Assembly: GCF_036321535.1 (NCBI RefSeq)
Contig: NC_087441.1
Coordinates: forward strand, 18,662,001 to 18,726,000
Reading direction: 5' to 3'
DNA from: Camelus dromedarius
Taxonomy: Eukaryota
DNA length: 64,000 nucleotides
Shown: positions 1-13,175 of the stretch, in pieces
How positions within the stretch are numbered: the stretch's first letter is position 1
How the letters are laid out: each line of letters begins with the position of its first letter
Position numbers and translations under genes: made by a program
The notes under the pieces: generated by a model
Database searches by the model: none
The model's input: only the letters and a program-made list of their open reading frames with translations
Told to the model about the DNA's origin: nothing

Positions 1-864
1 AACCACAATTAAAAACAGAAACGAAAAATTACAATTTTTTTTTAAAGTTAAGAAACGAAACATTTAAACTGCCTTGTCAAAAATGAAACCATATTTTGTA
101 ACAGTGAACGGAAAAAGAGGTACTCTCAAACACTTCCCAGTCTAGGTTAACTGAATTCAATAAACAAAGAGCAGGGTGTCCAGAAGAAAGGAAACAAGTC
201 ACATTTGCTTACCATGCACACATACAGATTGCTACACAATCTACCGCTGCTGCAAGGAAGGGTATGGTTACGTGAATAGCTTTTCGCATGTACTCCCCGT
301 GACATTACACAGTACAAGTCCTGACTTAAACAAAAGCCAGGGAGAAGAAATATAATATATAAAGGGTGAGCTTTCAAAACCTTTAACAGTTAACTTTCCC
401 AGATCAGGATTACTCCAACAGTAAAATCTCTTTTAAAAAGTTTTTCAGACTTTAAAAGAGGAACATGATTTCTTTTAAAAGAAGGGACTGTACTGCTAAA
501 ACGTTCAACATTTTGAGCAAACAGAAGTAAGCGATCATTCTTTTTTGCCCTGCGGGTCATGATATCAGCTGGCCTCCTGGAGAAACAACACCCTTTAAAA
601 AAATCTCCTTAAACACCATCATATCCAATTAACACATGAAAGCTGTCTGGATTTTTACAAACAAGTGTGAAGCCAGGAAACAATCTGAATGCACTTTAAG
701 AGCTGGAACGGTAGCAGGCACAGAGGAAAATAATGAAGCTGGTACAAAAATAAGCAAGTGTCCTAAAGGTCTAAATACTGGGGGTCATTTTCAAGCTAAC
801 GCAAACTGAGACGGGAGATGGTGGAATCATCTACTAAAGAATGCAAGAGAGTGAATGGGTTTAC

Positions 865-1045
865 CGTTCTCTAGCTGTTGGTGACGCTCCGCTAAGTCCC
901 GTTGCACAGCTTGGTAGCGGCCCACAAAGCTCGCCAAACCCTGCTGGACAAAATCCGGGGCAGAAGGCCGGGACCTCAGGGCCGAGCAGCTCGCACGCAG
1001 CATTTCAATTCTGGGGTGGAGGCTGCGGAGGTCCGTCAGTTCCCG
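865..1045 (-). CDS. UTRN: UTRN exon 21 (181 nt): [60 protein letters not shown]
   Basis: tag|CGGGAA...GAGAACG|gtaaac; read directly (not in the ORF track). Confidence 0.95.
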
Positions 1046-1208
1046 CTATGGAAAGAAAACGTGATCACGTCACTCACTGAAGACGAACATCCTCGCAGAA
1101 AGTTAATCGGCGCAGAATTAACCTAGCATTCCCGACGCAAGGAGCACCTTCTTTAACTACGGGACTGGACACAGAATTCTTTCACGTTCCAGACGGTTGT
1201 GTCTTTAC

Positions 1209-1450
1209 CTGACAGGAGTCCTTCAAGCTTGGCAAGGACTGCTGGGGAGACTCTGAAAAAGGAGTGTGTTTTACCCACTCCTCCTTTGCCTTCACGGTCT
1301 TTTCAAGTTCATCAAGCTGCTTAAAATAAATATTTAGATCTTCCTGTAGCTGAATCCTTCTCGCCAGATCTTCCAAATGCTGCGATACATTCCTCCATTC
1401 TGTTAATAACTTCTCCAGAATATTTTTTATTTCTTCAGTGGGAAGACCTT
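1209..1450 (-). CDS. UTRN: UTRN exon 20 (242 nt): (E)[80 protein letters not shown]
   Basis: tag|AAGGTC...TGTCAG|gtaaag; matches ORF 1182..1484. Confidence 0.97.
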
Positions 1451-2949
1451 CTATGCAGACATCAAAAGTAAGCAGACACATCATGCATTATTACAATACT
1501 TGTTTCTGGTTTGTTATAAACATTCTAACACATTCAAACTAATGAGGCAATGTCATATATGGTGATCACTCCCATACGTCCCTTTTAACACAACAACAAA
1601 AGTTATAATGATGCACTTAAAAATAACTATGTTTAATCCCTGGACAAAAATGGGAGAAGGGGAGCTAAAAATAGCTGAGGAGGAGGAGGGCTATCACAAA
1701 AAGCACATGGGTGGAGTGTCAGCCACGGCCTTTTCTACAGCACGTGTGTTTCCATCCCTGGCATCCTACTTACTGCTCTACTAATTTCTAGTCTGAGCCA
1801 GAGAAATAAAATGAACTGTCTGGACATGTCTGGGCCTCTGACATCAGAAGACAGACCCTCTGTCATCAGGAAAAAGACAGCTGGCTAGATAAAGAAGGAG
1901 GCAGCTTGAGTCTTCAGTGACCAAACCACAGTGTCACAGGAATTGCAAAAGGAATGCTAGAACTCCTAGTGCTGGGAGCAACCTGGTGAGTGCAGGAATA
2001 CTCAGCCAGCAGCCAGGTGAGAGAAGCATCAGCAAGCTTACTGGGGATGCTACACATTGACCAGAAAATGCCAAAATACCAACACAGTGCTAAGATTATC
2101 TACTTTAGAAACTCACTGGAGAAAAAAGCCATTTTGTTTATTACTGACATCTCATAATTTAGTCTGCCTCATATTTCTGAGAGGTAGATAATGTTCATAG
2201 AAATAATAGTTACATACAGTAATGGGGCTTATCATAGTCCTTCTCTTAGTATAAAATACCATCAAGTCAGTGAAAATTACCACGAAAAAATATGGGAAAT
2301 CTGCAAAGGAATCTTTATCTTCTGAGGAGAACGTGCATGTTGAAAAGATGAGCTTAACATCTTTATTATTTGAGCAGGAGGGCAATAAAACTTTATAAAC
2401 ATATGCAATCAAAATCCAGGGTAATGAGAGCTCTGAGGGGAAAGCATTGTCACTTAGGATCCACAGAAAATTCAATTCTGAAAATTTCCATAACACGTGG
2501 TATCCACTGAAAATGAGAAATGCAAACATGACATGACATAATTTGAATATATCACCCATGCCAATTGCTAAAGTAAACTGTCCACCATCACACAGGTAAT
2601 TGAATAGCACACCTAGCCAAAACATTCACACGACAGTCCAAGGTCAAAGATCCCTGTTTATGGAGGTCATAAACTAAACTACCATGTTTCTGGAAAACTA
2701 TCTGAGCAATGGAGATCTGGGCTGTGCTTCTGCCAGGTCAGTCCTACTTTAAGTGGGCAGAGGAATAATATCGGCCACTTCTTTTACATGCCAGGGAAAT
2801 TTATGATAAGAAAAAAATTAAGCTGGTAAATTAAAATTTTGAGGTGGAAAAATTATCACCACTAATCTAGAAAGCAGGTAAGAGGCACTTACTTTAGGTA
2901 CTAAGGAAGCTGAAGAAACTTCTTCAGTAATTTTTTTATTCACTGATAA

Positions 2950-3363
2950 TATTTGTTTATTGAAGTATAGTTGATTTACAATGTTGTGTCGGTTTCTGGT
3001 GTGCAGCTAAGTGATTCAGTCATATATATATATATATGTACACTTTTTCATATTCTTTTTCATTATAGGTTATTACAATCTATTGAATATAGTTCCCTGT
3101 GCTCTACAGTAGGTCCTTGATGTTTATCTGTTTTATAGATAGTAGTTTGTATCTGCTAATTCCAAACTCCTAATTTATCCCTTCCCCACGCTCTTTCCCC
3201 TTTGGTAACCATAAGTTTGTTTTCGATGTCTATGAGTCTCTTTCTGTTTTATAAATAAATCCATTCGTTTCTCTTTTTTTTAGATTCCATCTATTAGTAT
3301 TATTATATTTGTCTTTCTCTGTCTGACTTACTTCACTTAGTATGATAATCTCCAGTAGATCTC
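2950..3363 (-). mobile_element. LINE-1 3' end (cetartiodactyl-type 3' UTR)
   Basis: Typical antisense L1 tail: tttattgaagtatagttgatttacaatgttgtg...ggtaaccataagtttgtttt...ctgacttacttcacttagtatgataatctc. Confidence 0.88.
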
Positions 3364-3605
3364 NNNNNNNNNNNNNNNNNNNNNNNNNNNNNNNNNNNNN
3401 NNNNNNNNNNNNNNNNNNNNNNNNNNNNNNNNNNNNNNNNNNNNNNNNNNNNNNNNNNNNNNNNNNNNNNNNNNNNNNNNNNNNNNNNNNNNNNNNNNNN
3501 NNNNNNNNNNNNNNNNNNNNNNNNNNNNNNNNNNNNNNNNNNNNNNNNNNNNNNNNNNNNNNNNNNNNNNNNNNNNNNNNNNNNNNNNNNNNNNNNNNNN
3601 NNNNN
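3364..3605. other. Assembly gap / N-run (242 N) adjoining an L1 3' end
   Basis: Seen directly. Confidence 0.99.
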
Positions 3606-3759
3606 GGACAGTTGTACCTTCACACAATTTCTAAATAAATTAGATGTACATGTAGTGGACACAATGTACACATAGTGGATACACACTTATTTTTGCATAT
3701 ATGTGTAGGTGACTTGTATACATACAAAATAAGCTGGACTATTTTTCAAAATGCAGAGG

Positions 3760-4110
3760 GAAAAATAATCTAAGTTTTTTAAAATGTGGTTTTTCTGGAG
3801 GTGGAAGAGGGTGATTGATCCATTAGGAACACCAGGAAACTTTCTGGAGAGGTGGAAATATTCTATATACCAATATGTGGTCGTAGGTTTGTCAAAATAG
3901 CACAGTTTCATGTATTTCAATGTAAGTCAATTTTACTTTTAAAAAGGTGAAAATAATAATAACCAAGCAGGGGAGGAGTGAGTGGAGGTATAGACAATTA
4001 AAGAATGGCAGAATATCATTCATTACTGAAGCTGGGTAATTGGTGCAAGGAGGTTCATTGTACTCTTCTACTTGCTTTGTATATATTTACTTTTTCTATA
4101 ACAAAAAGTC
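3760..4110 (+). mobile_element. Old L1M (L1MC/MD-like) 3' fragments
   Basis: ggaaactttctggagaggtggaaatattctatat...; ggaggttcattgtactcttctacttgctttg resembles old L1M 3' ends. Confidence 0.55.
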
Positions 4111-4690
4111 AAAAAATAAAAAGGCTAAAAACTATATTTTTGAAGATTCTGGTCAAACTGGTATTCCTAATTCTGCCTTAGGTGTCTGCGGCTTTTGTCA
4201 AGGAGAGTTGCTACAGACCTCCAAAGCACTTACCATCGCTGGGATAAAGAACAGGGCTTATAAACTTGTAAGAAAAGTCTTTCAAAGCAGCGAGGCCAAA
4301 GAAAGAATCATATGCAAAACTGCGTGGCAAAAATATTAATCTTTACATTCCTCTGAGCCACTAGGTCCACGGCAAAAAAAAAAAAAACCCCAATATATGA
4401 CCCTGAAGATGAAATTTTTAAATCTTCTACACCAGTGGATTTTAACTCTTCTGCTGAGGCATCAGCGTTGTATTTAGGTCCCCTTACCCGTATAAAAGCA
4501 GAACAACTTTGCTTTTATCTGTTCTATATAATCAACTTTAGCATAAATTTTCATTTCAAAAAGGATTCTGCTGCCTAAAAAATTTTTTTGAAAACCACTT
4601 TTCTAGCAAAAAGAGGGTTAGAATGTTAAAATAAATAGTATTCAGTACCATCTAAGAAAATATTAAAAAAAAAAAAATCAAGGTTCTCAC

Positions 4691-4778
4691 CTTTTCCCAT
4701 TTGCTCCAAAAGGATTTGTCCAGTTTGGTTTAATTCCTCTAGTCTGGGGTTTCTTTCTGTCTGTTCTTTTTCTAATCC
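4691..4778 (-). CDS. UTRN: UTRN exon 19 (88 nt): [29 protein letters not shown]
   Basis: cag|GGATTA...GGAAAAG|gtgaga. Confidence 0.96.
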
Positions 4779-6529
4779 CTGAAAATAAAGTTACAATATA
4801 AGAAAACTGCAAATTTTCTTCTCAATATAATTGTGATGCTTCTTGAAGTTTTTATATTTAATGTCCCTCCCATATTCATTAGGTATTACAGTCAAAGTTT
4901 GCCTAAGAAAATACTATAAGATAAAGCTATGCCATTTCAGGCTGCCCTCCAGAAGGGCAAAGACGATTAAATTTGAAGGCAAATTCAAACAACATAAAAC
5001 TTTTGTTTCTTTCAGAAGAAAAAAAATTGTATGCTCCATTTATGAGTCTCTATCAGTAAGAAATAATTAAAGCTACTGTTTTAGATCCAGGGTATCCATT
5101 CACATACATGGCCTCAGTATACTCCACATGATAAAAATAACACTTTGAGTCAATTGAATTGAATGTGCTATGACAACAGAGATCCCTGAACAAAAATAAA
5201 TTAAGAAAAACAGAAATAAATTGAGCCTCAATATTATTTGTTGGTATTATATTAGGTGTAGGGCCTAATGCAAACTTTTAAACACTGACAATATGTTTTA
5301 GGACACAAATGAAGGTATTTTGTTCTGTATGTTTGAAGACTGGCTCTTAACTGCAATATTTATGTCTCTATGGTTCGATATTATCAATGTCCCTATATTT
5401 CAGAGACAGGGGAAGACAAATCTTCCAGAATTAGTAGGAAAGGGCTGAGCAAACTCATGGACACACACACATACATACACACATTCATGTACACAGTCAG
5501 TGTTTGATATTTTCTCCAATTGATAATTATCTATTAATTAACTAGTATCCAAAATAGCAGAATCAAAACTTCCAGGCAACCCATATCATTTCAATCAGAC
5601 AACCTGGAGAGGAATCCCACTTCCAACACCTATGCACGTAAGTACTTAAATTTAGCTCTCCTAATTTGATCCACACAAACTTCAATGTGACTGAGTGGGA
5701 CAACCATTTTTACAGTCAAAGATTAAGAAAGTACAAGAAATTCTAAGAAACATCACATTTTTGTTAAGCTAACTACCAAACAAAAAGTCACCATCAAACT
5801 GGAGAAAAATTATTACCTGCTTTATACAAACTGATTTTTCGCTACATTTCACGGTGGTGGTAGACTGGACTAGGGATTCTCCACCACTGCGTCAGCTGGA
5901 ACAAGTTATTCCCAGCACTAAAACAAATGAAGTTGATATTCCCCAAATTTATAAGAAAAATTAGTGATTAAAGCCATAGTTAAATTTTCTTTATTCTACA
6001 TTTTCCCCAACCCTTTGGCATCTACTACGACTTGTCTAAAACAACAAAATAAACAAATATATAAATAAAGGGAAAACATAGGAACTGCCAATCACACCTT
6101 ATATAAACATACACAATTGTTATTTTTTATCCCCTCAAATATTATAGGAATAATTTCTGGAAGTAAAATTGTTTCTGGATCACAGGATGGAATTTAACTC
6201 ATCAATATTTTGTGGTGCTTGTCCCATAAAGATCACTGTAACTTCCAAATTCTCTGCCACTTAACTGCCTTTGAGAACTGGGTTGCTGAATCATCGTTAA
6301 TATGATCTACTGGTCTATCAGAAGCATATGAAATGATGGAACACAGCCCTCATTTCTGCTCTCCTGACCCCTGTGCAGAGGGCTCTGATAATGGTGCTTC
6401 CACATTCCCCCTGCCCATAGTCACCCTCTATAAGCCAAAAACTCTACTGAGTGCTGAAAATTTCCATGGAAAATTATCCTCACTTTCTAAGCACTCGCAG
6501 CAGGCATATAAACAAATAATGACGTAAAT

Positions 6530-7400
6530 GCAGTGAGGGCTTTCACAGAGGTATGGTCAAAGCAGTATGGAATCTTCCTAATGAGGCGAAAAGAGGCTTT
6601 CGGAAGGAGAGGGCATTTCAGCCACACAGCACAAAGGCTTAACAAAGGGCCATTTGGAGCCAGGACAGCACCACGTGGTGACAGTAGGGAACTAAGAAAA
6701 GTGCAGGAGTCAGGAGGGCTGAAGCCCTAAAGAACGAATGAGGGGTGATGAGGCTTTGCTTAGAGGTAGCAAAGACAGCTGTCTGGAAGGCCTTGTATGC
6801 CGGGGCACATGGTCTTCACATTTTATCCCCATAGCAAGGGGCAGTCATTAATTAACTGCAAGCACTTGAGCTGAATAATCAGATCTATATACATATACAT
6901 TTTTTAACTGAAGTATAGTTGATTTATAATGTTGTGTTAGTTTCTGGAAAACAGCATAGTGATTCAGTCATACATATATATTCTTTTTCATATTTTTGGT
7001 TATAGGTTATTACAAGATATTGAATATAGTTCCCTGTGCCATACAGCAGGACCTTGTTCTGTTTTTTTTAATCCATTTTATATATAGTAGTTTGTATCTG
7101 CTAATCCCCCACCTTTCCCTTTGGCAACCATAAATTTGTTTTCTATGTCTGTAAATCTGTTTCTGTTTTGTAAATAAGTTCTTTGGTTCAAATTTATATT
7201 TTTAAATGATCACTGGTCACTGAAGCCAAGGGCTGTGAGAATTTAAGAAGGGAAGGTAAATAATGGCAAACACTGCAGAGAAAGGAGGTCTGACAAGAGT
7301 GGAAATCCACCTTTGGATTTTGAAAGCAGTGGTCAGTGGTGACCCCTAAATAGGAATAGTTACAGTGGAATGGTAAGGCAGAGATTAGCCTCAGCTTCTC
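6530..7400 (-). mobile_element. Degenerate L2 fragments interrupted by a younger L1 (6901-7190)
   Basis: Purine-rich antisense L2-like sequence (ggaaggccttgtatgcc...; tttggattttgaaagcagtggtcagtggtgacc) on both sides of the L1. Confidence 0.55.
6901..7190 (-). mobile_element. LINE-1 3' end, same family as 2950-3363
   Basis: actgaagtatagttgatttataatgttgtgttagtttctgg...ggcaaccataaatttgttttctatgtctgt. Confidence 0.88.
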
Positions 7401-8363
7401 AACCAAACATTCACAGTCAGCCGTCTGACCCCAAGCCACCTCTCCAACCTTAACTCTCTATTACATTTACACACACACCTAGCATGAAATGAAACAAATT
7501 ATTTGTTCCAAGGATCATAGAACCCTTGCCCAGCTCCTAGCCTCTGTTCAGGGGCACTGCCTGCCTGCTGTTCCCTTCCACCCAGCTCCAAGTCCCCTCG
7601 TCTTCAGGGTGACTTCACCCTCTGGAATTCACCAGTGTACAGAACAACTGCAATATTGGCCTCAATTCAATTCCCACGGTACCTACCACTTTCTAACTCA
7701 CATCATCCACATCTACACACACACCTTGTTTCTCCAGACTCTTTACAAGCTCCATTACGGATGTAGATGGCAATACAGACTTGCTCTAGGTGCCCCAATA
7801 ATTCATAAAAGCATGTACAGGGAGTTAATGAACACCAATAATGTAAATCACTACAATCTCCTGTTTCAATTTACAGTAACACACATAAGGTACAAAGTAG
7901 CAGCGCTATGATCACATATATTTTTATTAAAACGTATTCATTTTTTAAAAGACATCCCTTCTCTAAATAGTGTATATAGAAGAAATTTTGAGATTTGAAA
8001 TAATCTGCTGTATTTCGAAGGCAAAATATCTTCAGCATACACCCATATATTATTAGGTACCAGATTAAGGCAGATCTAATTAAGTGAAAAAAATAGTAAA
8101 AATAACTGGATCACTTTAGCAAGTGTCCCTTCCTGCACATCTCAATGGTTAAGGAAGGACGGACAAAAACTCCTTCCCCACACAGGGATCTGATGCCAGC
8201 CAGCTTGAATCAATTCAAAATTTATTACAATGTTCTAAAAGCTACCTTAGGGCTGCATTTATTTTACAGAAAGATTTTGGATCCTATCACATCTTTATGC
8301 CGACAACAAAGCTATCCTGATGAAACGTTTTATTTAATAGGATATTTTTATTTTATGTTTTAC

Positions 8364-8487
8364 CTTCAACTTCTTTTTCATTTCTGATGTTTCTTGCATC
8401 TTCTTATACTCTTTTATCTCTGTGGCCTGAATGGCAGTCTTTGATTTCAAAATCCAGTTCAACAGCTCAGCACTTACAGCATCAAAC
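8364..8487 (-). CDS. UTRN: UTRN exon 18 (124 nt): [41 protein letters not shown]
   Basis: cag|GTTTGAT...TTGAAG|gtaaaa. Confidence 0.96.
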
Positions 8488-8844
8488 CTGATTTAAGATT
8501 CAGATGTTACCAACTGTCATTCGTTTTCTTCTGTTGTTTCACTTGGCTCAAGAAAGAGAGCTACCAAAACACCTATCAAGCGTGTGTTTTTAAGCTCTCC
8601 TCAGAAACAGCGGCAACCCAGAAACACAGTAACCACACAAGGTTAAGAGCATCCATTTACAACTAAAGGTGTGAAAAGAGGAACAATACTGTAATGTTAA
8701 TAAAGAAAATAAATAAAAATTTTAAACATTATAAGAAACCACTTATATTTGTATAAACTCTTGCAGATAATGAAAAACAGATTCGGTTAGCTAATAACAG
8801 AAAAGAACAAGAACAGACATTCCTAAATTAATGCCTTCTCTAGT

Positions 8845-9460
8845 TCAGCATGTAATTACTGAGTCTCCTATACGCCAGGCACTGAACTGGGCTCTGAATA
8901 GGAAGTTAAACCAGACACAATCCCAGCTCTCACGGAGCTTTCAGTCTCATGAAGGCAATGGAAAGTAAGAGCAGTAACAAAAGAATTTGCTGGGTGCCAA
9001 TCCCAGGAATTCACAGGAGGCCTCGTAATCCAACTGGGGGAGATGGCTTCCCGGAGAACAGCAACAGGAGTTTTCCTTGCAGAGAGAGAACAAAGGAAGG
9101 GAGGACCACCCCTGGCGCCCTGTGGGTGTTAGGTGTGGCTGGAATAGCAAGTACCAGGCCAGGAGGAACAACTGACAGTGCGGCAGGGAGCCACATGGCC
9201 CGGTAACCGGAAGGCCCTGCAGGGCAGATTAAGGAGCTGAACCTTAACCAAAGGGAAACTCAGAGCCAGTCAAGGCTTTAAAGCGTGAGAATGACAAGAT
9301 TGTGTTTATCCTTCTGTGTTCACTGAGGGGAAAGAACAAAGAGAGGGAAGATCAGAGAACAGGCTGTGGTAGTAACGGGGGCCAGAACTGAGTGAAAATG
9401 GAAAAGGAGAAAAGGGGACAGACTTGAGAGGTGTTGAGAAGGTCAGTCAAAACCACAGCG
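8845..9460 (-). mobile_element. L2 fragment including the 3' end
   Basis: tactgagtctcctatacgccaggcactg...cccagctctcacggagctttcagtct is the reverse complement of the L2 tail. Confidence 0.65.
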
Positions 9461-9489
9461 AGGAGGAACAGGAGAAACATTCCCCGGTG

Positions 9490-9695
9490 GCTGGCCATTT
9501 ACCAGGCCCTTTTTTGAATGTTTTATGTGCATTATTAACTCAACAACCCTGAGGATACACTATTATTATCCCTTCTAATGATGAAGGAATTGAGCTCACA
9601 GAGGTTTTAAATAACTACTCCAAGCCACAAAGCTAACAAATGGCAGAGCTGGGATTCAAACTGAGGAGTAGGTCCTCTTAACCAGTACTCTGCCC
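9490..9695 (-). mobile_element. MIR SINE
   Basis: caacaaccctgaggatacactattattatccc...gagctgggattcaaactgagg core. Confidence 0.75.
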
Positions 9696-10884
9696 AAAAG
9701 GCATCTCAAAACAACTTCTGGGTATTTTTAGAGACTTTAAGGTAAGCACAGAGGTTGTTCTTGCTGATTCTTTTGGGAAACTTTGCTCAAAGGATTTCTA
9801 GTGAATTATGAATATTTGTCTTTCCATAAAGGTAAATTTTTATTGTAATTTGAACAGGATTTTGTGATACTCTAGGTAAATAACCAGAGGGTCACAGCAT
9901 CGCTCAAACAATAGTACACTCCTCCTGTCATCTTAACAGCAGATTTCTATTTAATCGCTCAGAGAAGAGGAGCACCAACCAAAGACCACAGATTTTAAGT
10001 GACCTTGGAGACTTAGTCCACTTCTGCCTTCAGTATGAGGAGAGTGATGTGAATGCATCAGAGCTGCAATGATCCCAGATCATGTTAACAGACGTGTATC
10101 TACATTATAGGAAATGACTGTCCCTATGATGATTTTAAAAACCAGGCACCAGAAGCACCAGGAGGAGAGGAGGGGAAATACACCATCATTTCTGAAGCAC
10201 GTAGTATAAGCTGTGATAAGCAGTTGTTCAAGGCTTACATCTGCTCAGACAGCACATTTAGAGACAGGCTAATAGTGGTCTCTACAGCAGACTAAAGATA
10301 TTAAAGGATCTGGAAACCACGTCACACTAGGCATGGTTAAGAATACTCTGGACTTTAGGACAACAGAAATCAGAATATGAGATCCATCCTTAAATTCTGA
10401 AGAGGTACCATATTGAAGAGGGGTGACGTGGCTTTATATTGCACCAGAAAGCAAAACCAGCATGCATGGGCAGACTCAGAGGGGGCAGACTGTCCAGGCA
10501 TAATTTCTAATAATAAAATTTCAATGCCTTCTGCAACAATGAACTAGACATGCTCAAGCCTCTGTTTGTCCAGGAATTGACTGAAGGGATTTCTGCATCA
10601 GTCAAATCATGGATAGAAGACTGTGGAACTCACAAACGGTTGCCCACCCAACAGACACCTCCCTCCCCACACTTCTTCCTTGCTGCATGAGTCCCTCAGA
10701 ACACAACGATAGAGGCTGGAAAGGCAGGACAGTTTCAACCTCCCAAGCACCCAGGGCCTGGGCAAGTGACTGAGTCCTGAGTCCTGGACAGTAAGACAAG
10801 GAGTAGGGGGAGTTAATTGATGTTTTCCAGAAAAGGCCCTTCTCCTGGATTTAAAAAAAAATAAAAAATAAGGGAAAACTGCCC

Positions 10885-11140
10885 TGCCTGCCTATATGCA
10901 GGTTACACAAGGATGTTATGCTCAGTGCTACAGGAGCATCTTGGGACCATGAGAAGACAAGGTAAAAGCCAACATGCTGAGGAGGGCAGAGACAAGATGT
11001 CAGGATGCGGGACCACACCATTCCATCAAAACTCCCAGACCTCCAGACTTCTTACGATGTGAGATAATCAGTGACCTCACTGTTGATAAGTCACATTGGG
11101 TATAGCACTCTGCTTCTTACAGCAGAATGCACCCTATATG
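10885..11140 (+). mobile_element. MaLR LTR fragment (MLT1-like)
   Basis: catcttgggaccatgag...gccaacatgctgagga...cttcttacgatgtgagataat...ctgcttcttacagcagaatgcaccct. Confidence 0.7.
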
Positions 11141-11174
11141 ACCCAGTCATGTTTAAGATTTTATAGTTATGCAC

Positions 11175-12060
11175 TGTGATATTGTAATTTATAAGAAATT
11201 TATATTTGATCTCCATTCCTGTTTCTGGCACAGAGCTCCCAAATCCCTTGGAATTTCCTAAATAATGAGAGCAATAAAGGTGTTTTTTTGTTATGTTAGC
11301 AAGATGACTTTTGGATCTCCCCCTAAAGATGGGGGCTGGTGGTCAAGAGAACCAACCCTGAGATTAGAGGAACTTTCAGTCTTGCCCCTCTGACCTCTGG
11401 GGAGGGGAGAGGGGCTGGACATTGAAGCAAGTGCCAAAGGCCAATGATTTAACCATAACCATGTCATAAAGCCTCCATAAAAACCCAAAAGGATGGTGTT
11501 CAGAGAGCTTCAGGATGGTGAACACTGGGGAGAGTGGAGCACCCGGAGAGGGCATGGAAGCTCTGAGCCCCTTCCCCATGCCTTGCTCTATGCATCTCCT
11601 CAGTCTGGTTGCTCCTGAGTTACATCCTTTTATAATAAACTAGGAATCTATTAAGAAAAACATTTCTCTGAGTTCTATAAGCTGCTCTCGTAAATTAACT
11701 GAACTCTAGGAGGGGGTTAGAAACCTCTGAATTATAGCCCGTTGGTCAGAAGTACAGGTAACAACCTGGATTTGCAACTTACAACTGAAGTCCAAGGAGG
11801 AGGTGGTGGAAACCTCCAATCTGTAGGCAGTTGGTCAGAAGCACAGGTAACCTGGGCTTGTGTCTGGCATCTGATTTGGGGTAAGGGAGGAGGGGGAGAA
11901 GGCAGTCCTGTAGGACTAACCCCTTAACCTGTAAAAATCTGATGCTGTCTCCTGGTAGTGTCAGAACCGAGGTAAATTGTTAGGATTCCCAGCTGGGGTC
12001 CTAAGAACTGCTTGTTGGTGTGAGGAATCCCCCCATTATCCCACCAAACTTAGAATCAGG
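11175..12060 (+). mobile_element. Solo LTR, MER21 family
   Basis: Begins tgtgatattgtaa...; gatgggggctggt, ggggaggggagaggggctgga, ggccaatgattta, ccataaaaacccaaaagga, gagggcatggaagctc match recalled MER21 consensus. Confidence 0.85.
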
Positions 12061-13175
12061 ACCAGAATCTATTTATGCACCCTAGTCTTTTACAACCTTC
12101 CGAGCTTCCAAATGCACAAAGTCAGCATTGGAGAGACACACTACCAGACACATCCACAGAAAATAAACACTCAGGAAATGAATGAGTTCTGGTAACGTCC
12201 ACATCAGAAGCATCTCCCTCATCTGCTGCCTTGGCTCCAGAAGTAAAAGTTTCACAGCTGCTGTCTGCAACTCAGAGGGACACTGGTTCTGCAAGGAGAT
12301 GCTCTCAGGAGGCACAAACACGATCAAAATGAAAGTCATCTGGTAAAACTGCAATCGTGCTTTGTCTAACAAAAGCTAAATTGGGGAAATCATATCATTT
12401 TTATTCAGGCAAAAATAACCACCCATCTACCCAAGCACTGGGATTCTACCATCAAAGGGAGAGAATGCTAGCCCTGCTCAAGGGCTGTGGGAGGGCGCCC
12501 TGCTACAGTCCCTGGCACACAGTACAGCTCTACAGAGGACCTGACGTGAGTAACAGCTCAGTATACACCAGCCGTGGTTATTCGTTATTATTATAAAGAC
12601 CCTGAGATTCCTTTGAGTCAAAGATGGAAAGACATTTTACCAAAGACAAATGTTTAAGCCAAACACGAAGCATCTGTTAATAAATATGACAAAGGAATTA
12701 ACAAAGAAAGAAAGAAAACATGAAAAAAGAATGGCGGTTGGAGAAAAAAGGAAATTAAAAAGGAATTAGTTCCCTGAATCAAGTATTTTTTAAAGGTGAG
12801 AAGAGGAAGGAAATTCACCAATAAGGAAACCAATCTAAAACAAAATTGTGATGGTGATGACATCAGAATTGTGATGGTGAAAGAAAGGATAAATGTGGGG
12901 TCATGGACAATCATATCCGCCCAAGGCAAACGATGGGAAAAAAAGAAGGGTCCTGTCACACAGTTTTCCCAATCGAACCCAAGATAAACAAATGCTTGAC
13001 CAGTATAAAGCGGAATATTCAGAAGACTCAGGGGTAGGGAGTGGTTCAGTAGTTGAATTTCCATAACAATAATCATGTCTATATTTGTATATGATTCATG
13101 ACTAGCACATAATAAGTACCAAGCACAAAACACACTATGTGCAGTACTGGGTTTGGGAAATGTCTCTATTCTTAC

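Noticed and set aside
3333-3686. ORFs containing X-runs (also 20451-20888 and 54655-54963) or VC/HT/Y repeats (38753-39388, 54999-55247)
   Set aside because: Artefacts of translating N-gaps and microsatellites.
11735-11880. Internal direct repeat gttggtcagaag(t/c)acaggtaac
   Set aside because: An internal duplication within the MER21-family LTR, apparently part of the element's own structure rather than a separate feature.
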